The notes beneath the pieces are model-generated. The model had not been told where the DNA came from. It was given only the letters and a program-made list of their open reading frames with translations, and searched no databases. The translations under genes were made by a program, and so were the position numbers. A stretch of 64,000 nt of DNA from Planctomycetota bacterium (GTDB taxonomy: Bacteria; Planctomycetota; UBA8108; SXIK01), in NCBI GenBank assembly GCA_965223265.1, contig OZ244999.1, positions 4,352,001 to 4,416,000 of the forward strand, written 5' to 3'. Shown piece by piece: positions 48,924-57,790 of the stretch (its first letter is position 1; every line of letters starts with the position of its first letter).

Positions 48924-51900
48924 ATGGATCAGCCGAAATTCGCGCTCGCCGGCCCAGTCGGACGAACCGATCGACAGCAGCTTCGTCCTGCGCAGCTCGA
49001 CGAGCCAGGATTCGATCGCGCGATCCACGCCAGGACTTCGTCCAGGCGCGCCTGGGTCTTGAGGGCGCTTGCTCTCGTTACAATCGCCGCAGTTCACGCC
49101 GCGGCACCATTGAGCGCACAGGACGTCAAGTTCCGCCGCGGCGACGCGAACACCGATGGTTTTCTGGATATTAGCGACGCACTTTCGACTTTCGGTTGGC
49201 TCTTCGCGTCGAGCTTGACCCCACTTTGTCTCGACGCAGTCGACGCCAACGACGACAGCGGCATCGACGTCAGCGACGGCATCTTCTCACTCAATTTCCT
49301 TTTCGCTTCCGGCGCTCCAATTCCGACGCCGGGCCACGAGACGTGCGGGTTCGACCCCTCACCCGACGAGCTCAACTGCATCGCATACGACACCGCAGAT
49401 TGTGAGCAAGAACTTGCCGACGTAGAACTGAGAGAGATCGGCCACCTGCTCAACCGCGTCGCCTACGGCCCCAGCCAGGCGGACATAGACTACGTCCGCT
49501 CCGTTGGTATTGCCGCGTACGTCGACGAGCAGCTTCAACCTCACACCATCGACGAAACCGACAATACCGCGCTGACATCTCGGATCGACCGAGCGTTCAC
49601 CACCGTCGTGCCGATGGAGGAGTCGACGCTCGTGTCGATGGGTTCCGTTTGGCGCTATCGCAAAGGAGACTCCGAACCGCCGGCCGAATGGAAGGACACC
49701 AACTTCGATGACACTTCCTGGGCGGTCGGCGCGGCGAGCATCGGCTACGGCGACGGAGACGATGGCGTTGTCCTGACCGACATGGAAGGAAACTACCTGT
49801 CGGTCTATTTGCGCACGAACTTCTCTGTCGACCCTGCGAGCATCGAGACGCTTGTCTTGCGGGTCAACTACGACGACGCATTCGTCGCTTATTTGAACGG
49901 TTCCGAGATAACACGCCGTGGAATCTCAACCACACCGCCACTACACAACCGCCCGGCCGATAGCTCTCACGAAGCAGACGGCGCGATCGACATTGACGTC
50001 ACGACTCGCAAGGACATGCTTGTCGCTGGCACGAACGTGCTTGCCGTACAGGTTCACAACCGCTCACTCACCAGCTCTGATGTGACGATCGATGTCGGCC
50101 TGTTCAACCAAGCGCCAACTGGCGCGGAGCCGGTGGAGATCGTCCGCGACGTCACGCGCCTTCAAGGCATTCTGCATTCGCGAGGCATCTACTCACGCCG
50201 CCAACTGCAAGCGGTACTCGGAGAGTTTTGGGAGAACCACTTCACCACGGACTACGACAAAGTCGTTGAGCACCTCGACGAGATGCAGAATTCCGACGCT
50301 ACGGACGCGATGGGGCTGACACAAGCGGAATCAGAAGCGGCCCAAATCGAATTCGCTGAGTACCAGTTTTTCTACGACAACGCCCTCGGTAACTTCGGCG
50401 ACCTGCTTCTCTTCAGTGCGACGACCCCTTCGATGTTGATCTACCTTGACAGCGTTCTCAACTTCAAGGCCGAGCCCAACGAGAACTACTCGCGTGAGAT
50501 CCTCGAGCTGTCGGCGTTCGGCGTCGACAATCGATACGTGCAGAGAGACGTCGAGGAGTTGGCACGCGTCTTCACAGGCTGGGGCATCTGCAAGGTGCCG
50601 CGCGAGAGCGTCAATGAGTTTCCAGCGAACGCTACGGACTCGCCCAGCGTATGCGGGCCGACATTCGACGATACTCGACTCGTGCCGCTCGGACCGGGGT
50701 GGAAGTACTTCAAGGGAGAGAGCGAACCGACACCAGACGTCGACGGCAACCCAACCCTCGCGTGGACTGAAGAGGGGTTCGAGGCGACAGGCTGGATCGA
50801 CGGAGCCTCAGGATTCGGCTACAGCGACGGGGACGACGCCACGGCCTTGAACGACATGCAAGGGAGCTACACGAGCGTCTACGTGCGACGAATCTTTCAG
50901 CTTCCGGAGCTGAGCGAGCTCGCGACGTTGATCCTGTCGATCGACTACGACGACGGATTTATCGCCTACATCAATGGGGTCGAGGTTGCGCGCAGTTCGT
51001 CGATGGTCGACGTCGGCTATCCCCCAGCGTTCAATGCCACGGCGCGGGAATCTCGGGAGGCGGAAGGCATTCCTGACATCTTCAACTTGAGTCGATTCAA
51101 CACGATCCTACACGCCGGCGACAACGTTCTGGCGATTCAAGTGCACAACAGTGACATCGATAGCAGCGACCTGTCACTGCTACCAGAGATCATCGACCGC
51201 AGGACGACCTCGGATGGGATCGAGAACGGTGACCCAAACGGCGTCTGGACGTTTCGTTTCGACGCCGACCAGCACGATACGGCTCAGAAAACAGTGTTCG
51301 CCAACACGCCCTACCAGATCGACTTGCCCGCTCGTACCGGTCCGACAGGTGTGCAGGATGGGATCGAGGTAATACAGGCGATCGTCGACCACCCGTCGAC
51401 GGCTGAGTTCATCTGTATCAAACTCATTCAACGCTTCGTCTCCGACCGTCTGACGCTGGCTAATTACAAAGACGGCACAGCGCCTCCTGAGCTCATCGAG
51501 CTGCTCGCCGCGGCGATCGGCGCCTGGAACTCGACCACGCCGAAAGGCAACATCGGTGCTGTCGTCAGAACGTTGATCGACGCTGAAACTCGTACGAACC
51601 TCTTCTGGCAACCTACGACCTATCGCGCCAAGGTCAAGACTCCGATCGAATTCGTGAACAGTTCGGTGCGTGTCATGGACGCCGACGTGCTGGAAAACAC
51701 GCTGACGGGAATCATCGACTCGATGGGCATGCATTTCTTTACCCGCGACGACCCGGATGGCTGGTCGGAACTAGGGTTCGATTGGATCGATACAGGATCG
51801 ATGGGAGCGCGTATTGACTTTGCCCAAACTCTGGCCAGCAGTCGCAATGTCAACTATCGCTGGTCGATCTCCCCGTACCTCGAAGCCAGGGGAATCTCGA

Positions 51901-52109
51901 CGAGCTCGGAAATTGTCGGCTACTTCAATGACCTACTCTACGGCGGCACGCTGCAGCCAGAGAACCTGGCAATTCTGCTGGAATTCCTCGACACCGACGA
52001 CGCGTACAACGTTGTCAGTCTGCAGCCAAGCGACGTGCGTGCGTACGAACTGCGAGTTGCGGATTTCGTGGCTCTGCTTCTCAGCTTGCCGCAATGGAAC
52101 TTTCAGTAA
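48924..52109 (+). CDS. DUF1800 family protein with N-terminal dockerin-like domain and two inserted beta domains
   Basis: HLLNRVAYGP, QLQAVLGEFWENHF, PSMLIYLD, PNENYSREILEL, ARVFTGW, HPSTAEFI..KL, KVKTP; FRRGDANTDG module follows the signal peptide. Confidence 0.88.
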   Translation: MDQPKFALAGPVGRTDRQQLRPAQLDEPGFDRAIHARTSSRRAWVLRALALVTIAAVHAAAPLSAQDVKFRRGDANTDGFLDISDALSTFGWLFASSLTPLCLDAVDANDDSGIDVSDGIFSLNFLFASGAPIPTPGHETCGFDPSPDELNCIAYDTADCEQELADVELREIGHLLNRVAYGPSQADIDYVRSVGIAAYVDEQLQPHTIDETDNTALTSRIDRAFTTVVPMEESTLVSMGSVWRYRKGDSEPPAEWKDTNFDDTSWAVGAASIGYGDGDDGVVLTDMEGNYLSVYLRTNFSVDPASIETLVLRVNYDDAFVAYLNGSEITRRGISTTPPLHNRPADSSHEADGAIDIDVTTRKDMLVAGTNVLAVQVHNRSLTSSDVTIDVGLFNQAPTGAEPVEIVRDVTRLQGILHSRGIYSRRQLQAVLGEFWENHFTTDYDKVVEHLDEMQNSDATDAMGLTQAESEAAQIEFAEYQFFYDNALGNFGDLLLFSATTPSMLIYLDSVLNFKAEPNENYSREILELSAFGVDNRYVQRDVEELARVFTGWGICKVPRESVNEFPANATDSPSVCGPTFDDTRLVPLGPGWKYFKGESEPTPDVDGNPTLAWTEEGFEATGWIDGASGFGYSDGDDATALNDMQGSYTSVYVRRIFQLPELSELATLILSIDYDDGFIAYINGVEVARSSSMVDVGYPPAFNATARESREAEGIPDIFNLSRFNTILHAGDNVLAIQVHNSDIDSSDLSLLPEIIDRRTTSDGIENGDPNGVWTFRFDADQHDTAQKTVFANTPYQIDLPARTGPTGVQDGIEVIQAIVDHPSTAEFICIKLIQRFVSDRLTLANYKDGTAPPELIELLAAAIGAWNSTTPKGNIGAVVRTLIDAETRTNLFWQPTTYRAKVKTPIEFVNSSVRVMDADVLENTLTGIIDSMGMHFFTRDDPDGWSELGFDWIDTGSMGARIDFAQTLASSRNVNYRWSISPYLEARGISTSSEIVGYFNDLLYGGTLQPENLAILLEFLDTDDAYNVVSLQPSDVRAYELRVADFVALLLSLPQWNFQ

Positions 52110-52187
52110 GCCGGCGAAACGAATGACGAATTCTTCTCGGACGGCTTTCACGCGCCGTCGGGATGCTGACCGCACGGAGACATAGAG

Positions 52188-53561
52188 ATGACCGAGTGGA
52201 ATCGACGAGACGTGCTCAAAACCGGAAGTACCGCGGCGTTCGCCCTCGGGGCGGCCTGCACGGCGCCATTCGCTCGCCTGCCGGCGATTCTCAGACCGGC
52301 ACTCCACGCCGGCGTCCTCGACAACTCGTCGAAGAAGTTCCTTTTCGTGTTCCAGCGCGGCGGGAACGACGGCGTCAACACGGTGATCCCGCGCGGAGAC
52401 ACCTCCTACAACCTCACGACTCGGCCGACGCTCCTGATCCCCGAAGCCGACGTGACCGCGGCAGGCACAGATCTGGGCAATGGCTTCGCGCAGCTCCATC
52501 CGCGCCTCGAGCCCATCATGGAAATCTACAACGCTTCGCACCTCAACGGTCAGGATGGGCCCGGGCAACTCGCGGTTCTGCACCGGATCGGCTACAGCGG
52601 TCAATCGCAGTCTCACTTCGACAGTCAACAGTTCTGGGAAAACGGCTTACCGGGGAATCCGGATCTCGAAGAGGGAATGATCTATCGTCACATCGAACAG
52701 ATCATTGACACCAGCGCGCAGCGCTTCAGCGCCGCCGCGATGACGACGTCCCAAATGGTCGCTCTGAAAGGCGCGACTCCACACCCAACCATTCCGGACG
52801 TCAACACCATGCGCTTCCGAGGCACTTCGGCTCGCGTCGACAAGTTTCTCGGATCGTTGCCAACCGACGAGCGCGGCCGCGGCCTCCTCGGTGTCTTTGG
52901 CGGCCCTAAGGATTTCGCGGCACAGCCATACCGCGGTCGGGTCTACGACACCGGACTCGCCCTCGTCGATGCCGTAACTACGGTCCAGGAAGCTCTTGCA
53001 CAAGGCACGTACGTCGCCGAAAACGGAGCGTCGTACCCGAACTCCACCTTTGGACGTCGACTGCGCGACGCGGCCATGCTGTTGAAGCGCACACCTGTGC
53101 GCATCCTTGGCGTCGAGATAGGCGGCTGGGACACGCATACGAATCAGGGAGGCTCCTACGGCAGTCACGCGAATCTGCTCGAGCAGATCGGGCAAGGTTT
53201 TCAGGCGCTTCATCGCGACCTCGCATCGCAGTGGGATCAACTCTGCGTGGCGACGATGACCGAGTTCGGACGCACCTCAGTTGAAAACGGTAGCTTCGGC
53301 ACCGACCACGCCTTTGCAACGACGATGTTCATCGCTGGAGGAGGCGTGCGTGGCGGCGTCTACAACTGCGACTCGACGACATGGTCGAGCGGAGACCTGT
53401 TCAGCCAAAACGAGCGATACGTCAGACACACGACCGATTTCCGTGCTGTCTTCGCCGAAATCTTTTCCTGGATGGGGAACACAAACCTGAGTGCAACGAT
53501 CCCCGGCTACGAAGCTCTTGAAGGGCGGGCCGACTTTCAGCCACTCGGATTCTTCGCGTAG
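52188..53561 (+). CDS. DUF1501 family protein with Tat signal
   Basis: NRRDVLK, FQRGGNDG, SHFDSQ, GGWDTH, TEFGRT..EN, GTDH, DFR. Confidence 0.92.
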   Translation: MTEWNRRDVLKTGSTAAFALGAACTAPFARLPAILRPALHAGVLDNSSKKFLFVFQRGGNDGVNTVIPRGDTSYNLTTRPTLLIPEADVTAAGTDLGNGFAQLHPRLEPIMEIYNASHLNGQDGPGQLAVLHRIGYSGQSQSHFDSQQFWENGLPGNPDLEEGMIYRHIEQIIDTSAQRFSAAAMTTSQMVALKGATPHPTIPDVNTMRFRGTSARVDKFLGSLPTDERGRGLLGVFGGPKDFAAQPYRGRVYDTGLALVDAVTTVQEALAQGTYVAENGASYPNSTFGRRLRDAAMLLKRTPVRILGVEIGGWDTHTNQGGSYGSHANLLEQIGQGFQALHRDLASQWDQLCVATMTEFGRTSVENGSFGTDHAFATTMFIAGGGVRGGVYNCDSTTWSSGDLFSQNERYVRHTTDFRAVFAEIFSWMGNTNLSATIPGYEALEGRADFQPLGFFA

Positions 53562-53644
53562 CAGCGACACCGACGCCGTGTCGACGCCGTCGGTAGCGGG
53601 ACAGGAGCAAGACCCCGCGTCGGCCCGGATCTCCGCGCTGGACC

Positions 53645-53782
53645 GGTGTGCGTTCGCGTAAGCGTGGGCGTCTGCCTGGCGTATGCGTCGATCTCTCCCC
53701 CGTCTCTGCCTCCCGTTCCCGCGTGCGTGGGGTGCGCGATTGCGATTGAGTGAGAGTTTGCGTGTGGGTGTGCGTGGGCGAG
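53645..53782 (+). repeat. Degenerate hexameric GCGTGN-type intergenic repeat tract
   Basis: gcgtaagcgtgggcgtct.. and gcgattgcgattgagtgagagtttgcgtgtgggtgtgcgtggg; resembles the reverse complement of the CACGCT/AACGC tract at 3612-3772. Confidence 0.55.
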
Positions 53783-54288
53783 GGGGAACACGGCACGCCG
53801 TCAACCTCACCAAACGTGAGGGCCGCCGCGACGTCCTTCAACTGCCGATCGAACCTCAGGGAAAGGGTTTCTGAGCCCTTCCTGCGAAAACTTATGTAAC
53901 TGTCGGGTCTGACTCGGTATCTGCCTCTGCTTCCGTATCTGACTTCTGACTCTGTCTCTGGCTCCGCATCTGATTCCACCCCACAGTGAACGGTTTTTCG
54001 GAAGCTCCCGGAAAAGATGACGAAGCGTTGACATTTCCGCTTCATTTACGCTTGCACTTCGCCGATAGCATCATCAGCAATCAACTGAGAATCTTCTCTC
54101 GAGGCCAATCTGGCGTCCCCCTCTCCGCCAGGCTGGCCTTCTTTTTTTGGCGACGTCTCTCTCCACCGATCTCTCCACAAACATTCGCGGAAGTAGGAAG
54201 CGACGTACCCTCTGCGCTGCTCTATCATGGGAGGCAAGCCCCGTCCCAAGCTTCCCCGTCGATTGCAGTAGTGTGAGATGATCCTACG

Positions 54289-55737
54289 GTGAGCCTCCTA
54301 CGACTCTCTGGGTGTCGCTTCATCTTCGCCCAACACGTTGTCCTGGCGCTGGTATTGGTCACGGGGTGCGACGAATCCGTTCGCGTCGTTCGCCGCGGCG
54401 GCGGCACCGGCTCGAGTGAACCGCTCGTCGCCCTCGCGGTCACGCCGACCGCCGGCGACGTCGAAATCGGACCCAAGAGACGTTTCCAGGTGAGGCTATC
54501 GACTGAAGTCGATCCGACAACCGCCGACGACGCGATGATCCTCGCCGAGGCGTCGACCGGGGAACGCGTTGCCGGTAGCGTCGTGCTCCTCACACCAGCG
54601 AACCTGAATGAGGCACTGCTAGCGTTCGAGCCAGCTGCTGGAAAGCTGCGGGCCAACGCCAGGTATGAGCTGACGCTATCCCCAGATCTGATGAGCGACG
54701 ACGGCAGAGAGCTCGACCTGGAGGCAAGCGCGTCGATCGTGCCAACGACCTATCGCACGTTTCGGGTCGAACCAGCGCTCGACGGAACGATTCAGGCAGC
54801 GCCGACATCCTGTTCGGCAATGGAAGTGGTGTGGGAAGACGCGGTGGTCAGCGACAACAGTCCAGCCGAAGACATCACTTACCGCATCTTCGCCTCAGCT
54901 GACAGCGCCCAGTTCGACTTGGATCACCCGGCGCTCGAGACGGCAGCGGGCGTTCGCCGCACGTTCGTCGAAGGCCTCCAAGCCGACACGAACTATTTCG
55001 TCGCCATTGCCGCGGTCGACCCTCTTGGCAACGTGAGCTCTCTCTCGCCGCCGGCATCACTACGCACGCCGCCGCCCGATCGATGTGACCTCACACCCCC
55101 AACATTTGCTGGGGTGGAAGCAGTCAACGTGGACATTCTCCGCCCCGACACACTCGAAGTCTCTTGGGTTGCTGGGACCGACAACCAGACCGCTGCAAAC
55201 GACCTGCGCTACAACATCTTCGTCAGCGATCAGGCTGGATCAGCTGCTGGTAGCACCCCCTTCGCGCAATCAGGACCGGGGGCCACCAGCGCTGAGCTTG
55301 TCGGCGTTGCGACGGATACGACGCTGTTCGTCTCGGTGCGATCAGTGGATGCCGCGGGAAATCAGGACTCCAATAACGTCGAAATCGAAGTCCGCACACC
55401 TGCCAGCTTTCGTGGCGACGTCCAACCGATCTTGCGGCTTGCACCTCCGCAGGGAGGTGGCTGTACAGATGCTTTTTGCCACGCCGCCGCGACACGCTCA
55501 GGCGGCCTCAACCTCGAGAGCTACGACGGCCTCGTCGTCGAGGGCGGCAATACGCAAGCGCCTCGCACGATCATTCCGGGCGACAGCGTCGGAAGCTTCC
55601 TACTATGGCGAACGGACGAGACCAATCCGAGCTTTGTTCGCGACAGCTCTCGCATGCCACTCGGCAGTCCCCCACTCACACGCGTGCAGCTCTCCATCTT
55701 GGCGCGCTGGATCGACCAGGGCGCGTTCGACAACTGA
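54289..55737 (+). CDS. Lipoprotein: Ig-like domain, two FN3 domains, planctomycete-type cytochrome c domain
   Basis: Lipobox LVTGC; Big_5-like ..LRANARYELTL; two FN3 (EVxW..YxIF..YFV..AVD.GN); SFRGDVQPIL..CTDAFCH..GGLNL..IIPGD..RMP..WIDQGA. Confidence 0.8.
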   Translation: MSLLRLSGCRFIFAQHVVLALVLVTGCDESVRVVRRGGGTGSSEPLVALAVTPTAGDVEIGPKRRFQVRLSTEVDPTTADDAMILAEASTGERVAGSVVLLTPANLNEALLAFEPAAGKLRANARYELTLSPDLMSDDGRELDLEASASIVPTTYRTFRVEPALDGTIQAAPTSCSAMEVVWEDAVVSDNSPAEDITYRIFASADSAQFDLDHPALETAAGVRRTFVEGLQADTNYFVAIAAVDPLGNVSSLSPPASLRTPPPDRCDLTPPTFAGVEAVNVDILRPDTLEVSWVAGTDNQTAANDLRYNIFVSDQAGSAAGSTPFAQSGPGATSAELVGVATDTTLFVSVRSVDAAGNQDSNNVEIEVRTPASFRGDVQPILRLAPPQGGGCTDAFCHAAATRSGGLNLESYDGLVVEGGNTQAPRTIIPGDSVGSFLLWRTDETNPSFVRDSSRMPLGSPPLTRVQLSILARWIDQGAFDN

Positions 55738-55889
55738 CCCGAGGCAGTGATCGCCACGCAGGTGGGGAACGAGCACCGGGTGCGCTGTTCAGCGTGGCGA
55801 CTTTAGAGATGACTTCTCCGACCGAATTCGAGTAAATGCCTCATAGCGTTAGGTTCCGCACTCATTCGATGATCGCTGGGAGAAAAGAG

Positions 55890-56459
55890 ATGTTCCAGAT
55901 GCGCCCCGCACTCGTCAGCATTTTCTTGGCTCTCGTTGTTACGACGTCGGTCCACGCCGCGCCGATGGAATTCGTGATCTTCCGGACGTCAGACCCGACC
56001 GACGAATTGGGTGTGTTCACCGTGGATCCGGATTTGGCGGCCCCGGCCGGGGTCAGCAGCGTGGCGATGAGCTCTCTCACATTCACGGAAGAAGTTTCAC
56101 CATTCGGCGAGCTCACGATCACATTGGGGGACATCGGGAACCCGGCAACCTTCCAGGCGATTTTCTCGGACGGGGAGATTTCGGAGATCACGGGTCTGGG
56201 ATCTGGCATGCTCCCCGGCGGGATCAGTTTCTTCCTCGACTTCACACCGAAGGGCGACCCGACGAATATCGATCTCGACGCGGTAGGGACGTTCGCTCTC
56301 GACGCCGGGGACGGGATGGTCATTGGGGATTCCGCGACCGGCTCGATCGGGATTCGTTTGTCAACAACACCCATTCCCGAACCCGGGACGTTCGCTCTCC
56401 TCACGGCAGGCCTGTCGCTCATCGGAGCGCGTCGCCTTCGACGCCATCCACGGGACTGA
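55890..56459 (+). CDS. PEP-CTERM sorting domain protein
   Basis: Signal peptide (VHA|AP); C-terminal IPEPGTFALLTAGLSLIGARRLRR. Confidence 0.9.
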   Translation: MFQMRPALVSIFLALVVTTSVHAAPMEFVIFRTSDPTDELGVFTVDPDLAAPAGVSSVAMSSLTFTEEVSPFGELTITLGDIGNPATFQAIFSDGEISEITGLGSGMLPGGISFFLDFTPKGDPTNIDLDAVGTFALDAGDGMVIGDSATGSIGIRLSTTPIPEPGTFALLTAGLSLIGARRLRRHPRD

Positions 56460-56596
56460 GTTCGCAGGAAAGCTAACCTCAGGCGCCAAGCGACGCCGGC
56501 CACCGCTGACGCACTTTCGCCACCTTTTGCAAGCGTTCCGTTCTGATTCCGACTCGATTCACTTCACCTCGAGTTGCCGTAGCTACTAAAGTGAGG

Positions 56597-57508
56597 TTAG
56601 CAGCCCCCATCGCCGGGAATCAGATTGGTCAGCTGAATCAGGCCGCGCTTTACGGACGCTGTCCTATACAGAATGCTTCGAGCGCGACAGACCGTGAGCA
56701 AACTCTCAACGACCAACAATCCCGGGAGTAGCACCTTACGCCTGTGCGGCGAGACCTCCGTCCAAGCCGCACCTCTCACCTCGCGGTCGATCAGCCCGAG
56801 AACGTCGTCGACAACGAATTCTTCCTGCCCACAGAGCTGAACGATCGTCCGCACCGTCCCGCCCGTGCCGATCAGGACGCGATCGCGAAAGGCATGCAGG
56901 TCGAGGTGTTCTCGCAACACGCCGGCCGCGACCTGCCTCCCCTCCCGGACATATGCCAGGAGATCCTTGGTGTGCCGGATCTGGCAGTGAAGGCGAATCG
57001 CTCCCAGCGGCAGGCTGCTCTTACGGGTCGTGAACGGACTCAGAAACTCGACGACTTCGAGACTGCCTCCCCCAAGGTCGAAAAGCGTCGTCGGAAACGC
57101 GTCGATGCTTGACCGAAACCCAGTCTCGAGAAGAAAGGCCTCGATTCCCCCTTCGATGATATGAATCTTCAGCCCAACCTCTTCCCAAACGACACGCTGA
57201 AACACTTCCGCATTCTGCGCCTCCCGTAGCGCCGCCGTGCCGACGGCCGTCACCGTGTCGAACGCGATCTCAGGAAACTGTCGCTTGAGATCGCGAAGAA
57301 TCGACGTACAACGCGCGACCGTGCTGGGGCTAATGCGCGCATGCCGAAAGACATCGTAGCCGAGATCCCACGGAATCTTGATCTCGCGCTCGACGGCCCC
57401 GGCGTTTTCACCGCCGGCTGAGACCAGGTAGAATTTGATCGTCGTTGATCCGAACTCGAGAAACGCAGTTCTCGGAACAACCCCCTGAGTAGCGACCGGG
57501 ACTTCCAT
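56597..57508 (-). CDS. Short Ppx/GppA-family phosphatase (no HD domain)
   Basis: EFGSTT, VGTAALREAQN, G.IEA, DLGGGSLE, SLPLGAIRL, GTGGT. Confidence 0.82.
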   Translation of the reverse strand: MEVPVATQGVVPRTAFLEFGSTTIKFYLVSAGGENAGAVEREIKIPWDLGYDVFRHARISPSTVARCTSILRDLKRQFPEIAFDTVTAVGTAALREAQNAEVFQRVVWEEVGLKIHIIEGGIEAFLLETGFRSSIDAFPTTLFDLGGGSLEVVEFLSPFTTRKSSLPLGAIRLHCQIRHTKDLLAYVREGRQVAAGVLREHLDLHAFRDRVLIGTGGTVRTIVQLCGQEEFVVDDVLGLIDREVRGAAWTEVSPHRRKVLLPGLLVVESLLTVCRARSILYRTASVKRGLIQLTNLIPGDGGC

Positions 57509-57790
57509 GTTGAATCGGATCAGATGTGGGTGAACGTGCGACGACGTCGCATTCGGCGTGACCGCCAGCAAAGTGGACTCAGAAGGTAGCATACCATCGT
57601 TACTGGAATCCGCACGTCGAGCCCCTCACACCGTGAACCGTGCCTGTCGAACTTAACCATAGCGACTCCATTCATCCTTTTACTCTCAGGTCACGCGACA
57701 AAACGTTCGCTCGACGTACAAGCCTCGCTGACGTCCTGCATCTTATCGCCCAAGTAGATCACGCCTGAATGTACGCTACGTAAAGATCAG

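Noticed and set aside
57683-57702. CTCTCAGG glycine-riboswitch-like motif (also near 17004)
   Set aside because: No upstream GGAGA/CCGAAG elements and no glycine-related gene.
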